64,000 bases of DNA from an uncultured delta proteobacterium (GTDB lineage Bacteria; Myxococcota_A; Polyangia; Haliangiales; Haliangiaceae): NCBI GenBank assembly GCA_963743525.1, contig CAVUQH010000003.1, positions 512,001-576,000 of the forward strand, written 5' to 3'. Shown here in pieces: positions 1-7,974 of this stretch. Under the pieces are notes generated by a model. That model was not told the DNA's origin. It did no database searches and saw only the letters and a list, made by a program, of their open reading frames with translations. The position numbers and the translations under genes are program-made. Each line of letters starts with the position of its first letter. Position 1 is the stretch's first letter.

Positions 1-1376
1 GGCAGCGCCACCTCGGGGACGCCGAGCACGACCAGCGCCACCGCCACTGCCGACGGGGCGACGATCGCCGGCACCGCGAACCGGCCGGCGCCGACCGGTC
101 GCAGCCAGCGCGCCAGCGCGTAGCCCAGCGCCACCGCGACCGCGGCGGCCAACGCGATCGCCGCCGCATAGGCGCGTCCGGGCGCGTGCACCCACGCCAT
201 CGGGTGTCCGGTCAGCAGCCGCTGCAGGCGCAGGGCGCCGGCGACCGCCAGCCAGGCGACGGCGTAGATCGTCACCGTCGTGGCGATGCCCAGGGCGACG
301 CCGACCCGCGACCCGCCGCGCCTGCGCCGGCGCCACAGCGGGACCAGGCCCGACAGCGCCGCCGCGATCAGCATCAGCTCGAGCGCGATCAACAGCGCCG
401 TGGAGATGACCCGCGGTCCGCCCGGCAGCGGCAGCCACATTCCCGCCGGGCCGCCGGCCTCGGGCAGCGCCCCGGAGCGGCGCGTGACGGCCAGGAAGAA
501 GCGGCCCGCGCGATCGACCGCCGGCCAGGCGACGCGATCGACGGTGTCGCCGCTGGCGTGATAGTCGAGGTAGATCCGCTGGTCGCCGCGACTGAAGATG
601 TGCAGCGCGGGGATGTTTCGTTCCGTGAAGGCGCCGTGGTCCGAGCGCTCGGCCTGGGGCAGGAAGCGGCTGACCAGGCGGTGGGGGATGGGCGCGTGGA
701 TGTCGCTGTCGCTGGCGCGGGCGGCCGCGGCCAGCCAGCGCAGCCAGTCCTGACCGATGCGCATGCTCAGGCCATTGAGGCTGACGTCGTCGGCGCCGCC
801 GAGCAGATCGATCGAAATCGCCAGCCCCACCTGCCGCCCGAGGTCGCGGGCCAGCCCGTGGGCGCCGGCCAGGCGGCGCTCTTCGGCGGCGGTCCAGGCC
901 AGGATCACCGGCCGCGCCGGCGGATCGGCCTCGAGCGCACGGCCCAGCTCGAGCAGCAGCGCCACCGCCACCGCGTTGTCGACCGCGCCGGGTGTGGTCG
1001 GCATCGAGTCGTAGTGACCCATGATCAGGATCGCCGGACCGCCAGCGCGGCCGGGGATGTGCGCCACCAGATTGGCGTCGGTCACCGTCTGCTCGACCTC
1101 CGGCGCGACGACCCGGCCGAATACGCGGATCGCCGGCGACACCACCCGGCCGACCGGCATCCGTTCGATCGCCAGGCCGTTCTCCCGTGCGCGGCGCTCG
1201 ATCCAGTCGGCGGCGGCGCGGCTGGCGTCGGTGTCCTGCGGGCGCGGACCGATGTCGGCGCTCAGGGTGCGGACGTCGGCGCGGATGCGGCCGAGATCCA
1301 GCTCTCCGGCGCGGGCGGAACCACTGCGCGCCAGCCACAGCGCGGCGGCGACGCAGACCAGGCGTCGCGCGCTCAC
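1..1376 (-). CDS. M28 family metallopeptidase with C-terminal membrane helices (runs off window start)
   Basis: Manual translation from GTG 1376, which overlaps the upstream stop: GHYDS, GAVDN, AAEE, RSDH and DYH zinc-peptidase motifs, then hydrophobic segments. Missing from the ORF track because it is truncated. Confidence 0.85.
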   Translation of the reverse strand, partial: MSARRLVCVAAALWLARSGSARAGELDLGRIRADVRTLSADIGPRPQDTDASRAAADWIERRARENGLAIERMPVGRVVSPAIRVFGRVVAPEVEQTVTDANLVAHIPGRAGGPAILIMGHYDSMPTTPGAVDNAVAVALLLELGRALEADPPARPVILAWTAAEERRLAGAHGLARDLGRQVGLAISIDLLGGADDVSLNGLSMRIGQDWLRWLAAAARASDSDIHAPIPHRLVSRFLPQAERSDHGAFTERNIPALHIFSRGDQRIYLDYHASGDTVDRVAWPAVDRAGRFFLAVTRRSGALPEAGGPAGMWLPLPGGPRVISTALLIALELMLIAAALSGLVPLWRRRRRGGSRVGVALGIATTVTIYAVAWLAVAGALRLQRLLTGHPMAWVHAPGRAYAAAIALAAAVAVALGYALARWLRPVGAGRFAVPAIVAPSAVAVALVVLGVPEVAL

Positions 1377-2653
1377 TCGGGTGACGCGGCGGCGTGAGCC
1401 TTTACCGCGCGCCACACGCGGAAGATGTTGCCCGAGCAGATCTTGCCCAGCTCCTCGTCGGAGAAGCCGCGGCGGATCAGCTCGGCGAGCAGCGCCGGGT
1501 AGCGCGACACGTCTTCCAGGCCGACCGGCAGCGTCGGTCCCAGGCCGTCGAAGTCCGAACCCAGGCCGACGTGATCGATGCCGGCGATCTTGACCGCGTA
1601 CTGGATGTTGTCGGCCACCTTGCTGACGCTGGTCAGGGGGATCGGCGGCAGATCCTTTTGCTGCTCATCGATCTTCCTGTCGGTCGCGGGGTCAGCGGGG
1701 TCGAGCCCCTGCTTCGCCGCCCAGGCCTTGCCCTCCTGGTGCCGCTTCACGTACTCGGCGTTCGAGTCGGCGTCGACGAACGGCGAGCCGAAGTTGATCA
1801 TGATGATGCCGCCGTTGGCCGCCAGCGCGCGCAGCATCTCGTCCGAGACGTTGCGCTCGAATCCGGGGGTGAAGTGGCGCAGGGACGAGTGCGATGCGAT
1901 CACCGGCGCCTTCGACAGCGCCAGCACCTGCATGAAGGTGTCATCGGAGACGTGGGAGATGTCGATCATCATGCCCAGCCGGTTCATCTCGGCGACCACC
2001 TGCTTGCCGAAGTCGCTGAGCCCGTGGTGGGTGTACGTGCCGGCGTACGACGAGTCGCAGATCCGGTTGTCCTCGGCGTGGGTCAGGGTCATGTAGCGGA
2101 CCCCGCGGTCGTAGAAATGCTTCAGGTTGGCCAGGTCGCCCTCGATGGCGGCACCGTTCTCGATGCCCATCGGCAGCGACACCAGGCCGGCCCGGTGGTT
2201 GGCGTCGATCTGCGCCGGGTCGGTGGCCAGGGCGAAGACCTCCGGGTGGTCCTTGGCCATCGCGACGACCATGTCGATCAGCTGGTCGGCCAGGGCCCTG
2301 GCGCCGCCGCTCTTCTGGTAGCGCGACGGGATGTAGATCGACATGAACGGCGCGTCCAGGCCGCCCTCCCGCGCGCGCACCGCGTCGAAGTCGCCCCTGG
2401 CGGTGCGCTGCGACGGATCCTCGGTGATGGCGCCCTTGCCGTCGAGGCCGTCGTGCAGTCGGTCGGGAAGGTCGATGTGACCGTCGACGATGATCAGCCG
2501 ATGGGCCAGCGCGCGGGCGTGCGCGTCGGCGTCGCCGGCCGGCGCCCGCGGTTGCTCCGGTGCCGGCGGCGCGGCTGGCTGCTCTTCCTTCTTCTTGCAG
2601 GCGGTCGCGCACAGAAGCGCGGCCATCAGCACCGTCGCGGCCCGGGCGCGCAT
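1373..2653 (-). CDS. Membrane dipeptidase (peptidase M19), lipoprotein
   Basis: DGHIDLP, GIENG, TLTH, DISHVS, ASHSS, GSDFDG motifs; lipobox-like ATAC. Confidence 0.95.
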   Translation of the reverse strand: MRARAATVLMAALLCATACKKKEEQPAAPPAPEQPRAPAGDADAHARALAHRLIIVDGHIDLPDRLHDGLDGKGAITEDPSQRTARGDFDAVRAREGGLDAPFMSIYIPSRYQKSGGARALADQLIDMVVAMAKDHPEVFALATDPAQIDANHRAGLVSLPMGIENGAAIEGDLANLKHFYDRGVRYMTLTHAEDNRICDSSYAGTYTHHGLSDFGKQVVAEMNRLGMMIDISHVSDDTFMQVLALSKAPVIASHSSLRHFTPGFERNVSDEMLRALAANGGIIMINFGSPFVDADSNAEYVKRHQEGKAWAAKQGLDPADPATDRKIDEQQKDLPPIPLTSVSKVADNIQYAVKIAGIDHVGLGSDFDGLGPTLPVGLEDVSRYPALLAELIRRGFSDEELGKICSGNIFRVWRAVKAHAAASPE

Positions 2654-2693
2654 GCTGCCGACGGTAGCACGGAAAGCGTGGTATCAAACCGAC

Positions 2694-3167
2694 ATGCGCT
2701 CGCTGCTGGTTCTCGTCCTCGTGGCTGGTTGTGGCAACGGCGGGAGCAAGCCCGCCCCGGCGGAGCCGGCGCCGCCGCCACCACCCGACGCGGCTCCGGC
2801 CGCGACCCAGGCAGCACCGCCCGCCGACCAGCCCATCGAGCAGAACACCGCCCAGGCCGCCGGCCGTCAGGCCGACCCGGTGGTGCGCGCCGTCAACATG
2901 TTCATCGCCATCGCCGAGGTCATGGGCAATGCCGGCAACGACTGCCCGCGCATGTCCAGCGATCTGGACGCCTGGCTCAACGCCAACGACGCCGAGCGCA
3001 AAGAGATCATGGAGCAGCTGGCGGCGCTACCCGAGGCCGAGCGCAACGCGCGGTTCCAGGAGCGGATGGCCGATCACAAGGACGCGCTGGCGTCGATGCA
3101 GTCGGCGCTGCAAGCGTGCGGCAACGATCCGCAGTTCGCCGAGGTGTGGAAGCGCCTCGACATGTGA
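2694..3167 (+). CDS. Hypothetical lipoprotein
   Basis: MRSLLVLVLVAGC lipobox, Pro-rich linker, helical domain with two Cys; -10-like TATCAA just upstream. Confidence 0.75.
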   Translation: MRSLLVLVLVAGCGNGGSKPAPAEPAPPPPPDAAPAATQAAPPADQPIEQNTAQAAGRQADPVVRAVNMFIAIAEVMGNAGNDCPRMSSDLDAWLNANDAERKEIMEQLAALPEAERNARFQERMADHKDALASMQSALQACGNDPQFAEVWKRLDM

Positions 3168-3171
3168 GCGG

Positions 3172-4350
3172 TCAGCGATCGGCCTTCAGCAGTCGGCGCC
3201 AGCCCCAGGCCGGTGACCAGCGCAACAGGCTGTCGCCGCTGACGACCAGGGCACGGCCGATGCCATCGACGGCGATGGCGTAGGGCCGGCCGGGCACCGG
3301 CGTGCCGATCGGGTTGGCGCGATCTCCGCTGAGGCGCAACAAGCTGCGGCCGGTGACCGCGATGGTCAACGGCACCGGCGACTGCCGATCGTTGGCGCCG
3401 ACGTGGAGCGTGAAGTCGTCGACGTAGGTGGCCGCGCGGGTGGCTGCCGGCTCACCGGGGGCGATGGCGCACAGGCCGACGCGCGCGGCATCGCCGCACT
3501 CGGAGGCGACGGCGTAGGCCCAGCCGCCCTGACCCAGGCCGTAGCCGCCCGGATACGGCGCCGGCCACGGCAACCGCTCCAGCGGGCGGCCATCGACGTG
3601 TCCGCGGTAGCGAACGAACTGTTCGTCGGTGTCGTCGCCGTCGGACAGCGCCAGGATGTCGATGGTGCCGTCGTCGGCGATGCGCAGATCGTTGCGCACG
3701 TTGCCATAGGCCGGCACCACCTGGAAGCGCCAGGTCGCGCCGCCGTCGCCGGACAGCGCCAGCATCGCGCGCAGGCCGTCGTCGTCGTCGGGGTGAACGT
3801 GCAGCCAGGCGATGGTGCCGGCGCCGGTGGCCAGCGCCAGGGTCTCGGATGCGTACGGCAGCGCCTGCCACGACTCGTCGGCGCCGTACGGCGCGGTGCC
3901 CAGGAGATGGCGGTCGCGCACGGCGAAGATCGTGCCTGCGCGGTCAACGGCGATCGCCTCGACCTGGCCGACGTTGGCCAGCACCTGGGTGAAGTGGCGA
4001 CCGTCGTCGCTGCTGGCGTAGACCGTGTCGTCGGTGTGGGTCGCCAGCACGCCGGGCGCTCCGGGGCTGGCCGCGACGCCGACCAGCGCGCCGGGCTCCC
4101 AGCAATCCCACACGCTGGTGCCGTCGGCCAGCGCTGCGCCAATCGGGTCGTCGGCCGCCGCCGGCGGCACCGGGCGGGCGGCGAGGCCCCAGCCGTCACC
4201 GCCGCGGCTGGCGAGGCCCATGACGTAGATCGACACCACGCTGGTCATCAGCACGGTCCCCGCGGCGGCCGGGAGCAGCCACGGCAGGTGTGCGCGCAGG
4301 CGCTGGCGCAGGGGATGCGGGACGACGGCGTGACGCTGGAGCGCGGGCAT
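3172..4350 (-). CDS. Hypothetical membrane-anchored beta-propeller/BNR-repeat protein
   Basis: From MPALQRH; one TM helix; Asp-box-like SSDDGRHF and SGDGGATW; sigma54 motif directly upstream. Confidence 0.7.
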   Translation of the reverse strand: MPALQRHAVVPHPLRQRLRAHLPWLLPAAAGTVLMTSVVSIYVMGLASRGGDGWGLAARPVPPAAADDPIGAALADGTSVWDCWEPGALVGVAASPGAPGVLATHTDDTVYASSDDGRHFTQVLANVGQVEAIAVDRAGTIFAVRDRHLLGTAPYGADESWQALPYASETLALATGAGTIAWLHVHPDDDDGLRAMLALSGDGGATWRFQVVPAYGNVRNDLRIADDGTIDILALSDGDDTDEQFVRYRGHVDGRPLERLPWPAPYPGGYGLGQGGWAYAVASECGDAARVGLCAIAPGEPAATRAATYVDDFTLHVGANDRQSPVPLTIAVTGRSLLRLSGDRANPIGTPVPGRPYAIAVDGIGRALVVSGDSLLRWSPAWGWRRLLKADR

Positions 4351-4363
4351 GGGCGGCGAGCGT

Positions 4364-4379
4364 TGCAACCGGGGTGCCG
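4364..4379 (-). promoter_or_regulatory. Sigma54 -24/-12 promoter
   Basis: CGGCAC-CCCGG-TTGCA (GG-N10-GC); predicted +1 about 3 nt before ATG 4350. Confidence 0.7.
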
Positions 4380-4522
4380 GGTGGAGATGCGCGATACGGC
4401 GTGACCGCGTGTCGCCGGGGACACGGGGCGGCGCGTCGGGGGGGACACGGGTGTGGGGGGCGCGGAGTGCTTGGGTTGGATGGGGGCGCGCGGGCTGCTC
4501 GGGGCGGGTGGGGGCCCACGGT

Positions 4523-4571
4523 CCGCTCGGGGTGGGGTCCCAGCTTTGGGTGAGGACCCCACCCCGAGCGG
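4523..4571. repeat. Perfect 18-bp inverted repeat (REP-like hairpin)
   Basis: CCGCTCGGGGTGGGGTCC-13 nt-GGACCCCACCCCGAGCGG. Confidence 0.85.
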
Positions 4572-4624
4572 CCGGAGGGCGGGGCCGGGTGGGCGTGGTG
4601 GGCGTGGTCGGCGGGGACTTCGTG

Positions 4625-4806
4625 GCGCGGGCGCGGGCGCGGGCGCGGGTGCGGGCGCGGGCGCGGGTGCGGGCGCGGGCGCGGGCGCGGGTGCGGGCGC
4701 GGGTGCGGGCGCGGGCACGGGCACGGGTGCGGGCACGGGCGCGGGTGCGGGCACGGGCACGGGCGCGGGCGCGGGCACGGGTGCGGGTGCGGGCGCGGGT
4801 GCGGGA
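4625..4806. repeat. Hexanucleotide tandem repeat (GCGCGG/GTGCGG/GCACGG), about 30 units, intergenic
   Basis: Directly visible; explains the spurious (RA)n, (PA)n and (GA)n ORF extensions. Confidence 0.95.
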
Positions 4807-5046
4807 GATCCTTCGCGGGGGCGACGTGTCGCTCACTTTTCTTTCACATTTTTCGATCGCGCCTTGACCGGGTTTCGGCGCAAACCGACAACGCGCGCGC
4901 GATCGATCGTCAGCGCGGCTCGGTTGCGATGTGCGCGGTTGATGCGCGGCGCGGGTCGGTTTTTGTCTCGGCGGGGCGGGTTCTCGGCGCAGCGGGGCGC
5001 TCCGCGGCTGATCCGAGCGGGCGAAAAACGCGTGCTACGAAGGTGT

Positions 5047-6183
5047 ATGGGCGAGGTGACGTTGGGGATCGGCGATATTCATCGGCAGCTTCGTGCGCTG
5101 GGGCGCGACCGTGCGGAGCTGGATGCGGCGGAGGCTCACTACCTTCGCGCCGGGCACGCGGTACGGATCTGGGAGGCGTATGGGTACGCCAGCTATGCGG
5201 CGTATCTGGAGGCGGTGCTCGGGTATGGGCGCAAGACGGCGCGTGAGCGGATCCGCACGGCGCTGGCGCTGGAGGCGCTGCCGGCGATGGCGGAGGCGTT
5301 GGCCGATGGCGAGATCGCGTGGACGCATGTGCGCGAGCTGTCGCGGGTGGCGACGGCGGATACCGAGAACGAGTGGCTCGAGGCCGCTCGCGGGCAGAGT
5401 GCGCGCGAGGTGGCCGAGATGGTCGCCGGGTTGGCGCGGGGGGATCGGCCGGGCACGATCGCCGATCGCAGCGCGCTGCCGCGGACACTGGCGTTCGAGG
5501 TGTCGCCGGAGACGTACGCGATGGTGCGCGAGGCGATCCGCGTGGCCCGGCTGTCGATCGATGGCTCGGGGGACGGGCCGGTCGACGACGATGCCGCGCT
5601 GGCGATGATCGCGCGCGGCTTTCTCGCCGGGGGGCGGGATTCGGCTGACGCGCGGGGCGGGGACGGCGGCCGGCCCGGCTACCAGGTCGCGGTCAGTCGC
5701 TGCGACGACTGTGCGCGCACGTTTGTCGAGGCCGACGGTCACAGCGTGCAGCTGGATGCGGCGACGGTCGCCGCGATCGAATGTGACCACACCCGCGTCC
5801 CGGTGTCCCTCGAGGGCCGCGCGACGCAGACGATCCCTCCGTCGGTGCGGCGTGCGGTGGTCCGCGCGTTTCACCACCGTTGCGCTGTGCCCGGCTGCGG
5901 CAACGCGACGTGGCTCGATGTGCACCACATCCGGCACCGGGCTCGCGGCGGCACGCACGCGCCGGGCAACCTGGTGCTGCTCTGTTCGACGCACCATCGG
6001 CGGATCCACGACGGGCAGCTGTCGGTCGAGCGCGACGCGGGCCGGCTCCTCTTTCGTCACGGCGGCGGCACGCCGTTTCGCAGCGGCATGTTCTGGCGCT
6101 GGTCGGCAATCGCGGGTCCCGGGTTGTCGACAGCGGGCCGCGGCGGGGGCCGAGCTCTTCTCACGCGCCCAGCCAGTCGATGA
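5047..6183 (+). CDS. HNH endonuclease with DUF222/13E12-like N-terminal domain
   Basis: From MGEVTL; CAVPGC...DVHHIRHRARGG...NLVLLCSTHHRRIH; N-terminal ALEALPAMAEALADGEIAWTHVRELSRV; G-rich codon usage. Confidence 0.85.
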   Translation: MGEVTLGIGDIHRQLRALGRDRAELDAAEAHYLRAGHAVRIWEAYGYASYAAYLEAVLGYGRKTARERIRTALALEALPAMAEALADGEIAWTHVRELSRVATADTENEWLEAARGQSAREVAEMVAGLARGDRPGTIADRSALPRTLAFEVSPETYAMVREAIRVARLSIDGSGDGPVDDDAALAMIARGFLAGGRDSADARGGDGGRPGYQVAVSRCDDCARTFVEADGHSVQLDAATVAAIECDHTRVPVSLEGRATQTIPPSVRRAVVRAFHHRCAVPGCGNATWLDVHHIRHRARGGTHAPGNLVLLCSTHHRRIHDGQLSVERDAGRLLFRHGGGTPFRSGMFWRWSAIAGPGLSTAGRGGGRALLTRPASR

Positions 6184-6991
6184 TGTGGCCGGCCACGGCG
6201 TCGGGGTCCTCGAGCTGCATGAAGTGGCCGACGTCGGGCAACACCCGGCTGGCGAACGGCCCGGCGAAGTAGCGCTCCTGGCCGCGGGCGGCGTCGGGAG
6301 CGATGCAGCCGTCGCGCTCGCCGGCGAGGTAGAGAGTGGGCACGCTTATCGAAGCGGGAGTCGCGCGGAAGCGCGCCAGCGCCGGGCCGACAGGACGGGT
6401 GACCGCGCGGTAGTAGCCGATCGGCGCCGGCATGCTGGCGGCCAGGCAGGCGTGGAGTGCCGCGCGCTCGGGCTCGGGCATCAGGTAGTCGGGCGACCAC
6501 GCCCGCCACAGACGATCGATGAAGGCGAAGTCGTTCCGCGGCACGGCGCGCTCGGGCACCAGCGGCAGCTGGAAGAAGTACATGTACCAGCTCCGCCGGC
6601 GCTGGGCGGGGTCGCGGCGCAGCGCGTGGAACAGCGTCGGCAGCCGCGGCACCGACATCGCCACGGCGCGGCGAAAGCGGTCCGGGGCCGCAGCCAGCGC
6701 GGCGTAGGTGGCGACGGCGCCCCAGTCGTGGCCGACCAGGTGAACCGGTGCGCCCGGCGAGAAGTCGCCGGCCAGCTCGACCACGTCGCGGGCGAGCTGG
6801 TCGGTGTCGTACGGGCCGTCCAGCGGCGACGGTGCATAGCCGCGCATCCACGGCGCCACCGCGCGGTAGCCGGCGGCGGCCAGCCGGTCGAGGAGCGGCT
6901 CGAAGCTGGGCGGGTGATCGGGGAAGCCGTGCAGGCACAGCACCACCGGGGCGCCGGCGTCGCCGCGCTCGATGTACGCGAAGCGGCTCAC
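6161..6991 (-). CDS. Alpha/beta hydrolase (epoxide hydrolase-like)
   Basis: LHGFP, GHDWGA nucleophile elbow, GERDGC, GHFMQLE; GTG start overlaps the upstream TGA. Confidence 0.92.
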   Translation of the reverse strand: MSRFAYIERGDAGAPVVLCLHGFPDHPPSFEPLLDRLAAAGYRAVAPWMRGYAPSPLDGPYDTDQLARDVVELAGDFSPGAPVHLVGHDWGAVATYAALAAAPDRFRRAVAMSVPRLPTLFHALRRDPAQRRRSWYMYFFQLPLVPERAVPRNDFAFIDRLWRAWSPDYLMPEPERAALHACLAASMPAPIGYYRAVTRPVGPALARFRATPASISVPTLYLAGERDGCIAPDAARGQERYFAGPFASRVLPDVGHFMQLEDPDAVAGHIIDWLGA

Positions 6992-7974
6992 GGCGTCACG
7001 TGCAGGCACGACTCGAACCACGCCTGGCCGCCGCGCTCGTCGCGCTGGATGATCCACAGCGGCACGTCGAGCCCGTCGCCGACGTCGGTGGAATCGATCT
7101 CGGCCTTGAAGGTGCTGTCGAGGGGCGGCTCGTTGCCGGCGATGTCGCGCGGGCCGCCCGACTCGCCGCGCGTCCACGACCCGGCGGTGGCGAACCAGGC
7201 GTAGCGCAGGTTCTCGGTGAACATCTCGCTGCCGCCTTCGAAGGTGGGCAACACGTAATCCTCGCGCACGCCGTCGGGCTCGATCGGCGTCAGCTTCAGC
7301 TGGCTGTCGATCGGCAGCTCCACCGGCGTGACGTCGGCGCAGCGACCCAGCGGCAGGTCGAACGGATCGCCGGTCGGATCGCCGGTGTCGGCGTCCACCG
7401 CCTGGGCCTCGATGCGGTCGAGGGTCGGGTTGCTGTTGGCGACGCGCTGCATCGGGATCTGCGGCGAGTAGAGGACGACCTTGGAGGCGAAGCGGGCGGC
7501 CGCGGGATCTTCGTCCTCGCCGTAGACGTACAGCTCGACCTGCACGTTGATGCCGCCGAAGCCGGACAGCTGGTCGGTGTCGAGCGACCGCTGGAGGATC
7601 GGCAACAGCTGACCGCCCGCCGGGATGGTGCCGCAGATCTGCGGCGGCGGGTCGGCGGTCTCCGGATCGCCGACGGTGCCGAAGGCGATCTCGTAGTACG
7701 GGCCGTTCGCATCGTCGCAGCGGCCGGAAGCGGTCGGCGCGCAGATACCCATCGAGTAGACCAGCTTGCGGTCGGCGGCCGGATCGGCGACCAGGGCGCA
7801 GACCTGGACCTCGACCAGCTGCAGGTTGGTCGGGTCGTTCGGGTTGACCGGCGACACCACCTCCGGCGGATCGGCCTGCATGCCCAGCGGCCGCATGTCG
7901 AGGACGATCGACTGGTCCTCGAAGTTGCCGCAGCCGCTGGCCAGCAGAGCGATGACGATCAGCGCGCGCCTCAT
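6988..7974 (-). CDS. Lipoprotein coupled to the TonB-dependent receptor
   Basis: MRRALIVIALLASGC lipobox; TGATG overlap with the receptor stop; C-terminal IQRDERGGQAW. Confidence 0.8.
   Translation of the reverse strand: MRRALIVIALLASGCGNFEDQSIVLDMRPLGMQADPPEVVSPVNPNDPTNLQLVEVQVCALVADPAADRKLVYSMGICAPTASGRCDDANGPYYEIAFGTVGDPETADPPPQICGTIPAGGQLLPILQRSLDTDQLSGFGGINVQVELYVYGEDEDPAAARFASKVVLYSPQIPMQRVANSNPTLDRIEAQAVDADTGDPTGDPFDLPLGRCADVTPVELPIDSQLKLTPIEPDGVREDYVLPTFEGGSEMFTENLRYAWFATAGSWTRGESGGPRDIAGNEPPLDSTFKAEIDSTDVGDGLDVPLWIIQRDERGGQAWFESCLHVTP

Noticed and set aside
4351..5046. (RA)n, (PA)n and (GA)n N-terminal extensions of the flanking ORFs
   Set aside because: They result from translating the microsatellite; promoter motifs place the starts at 4350 and 5047.
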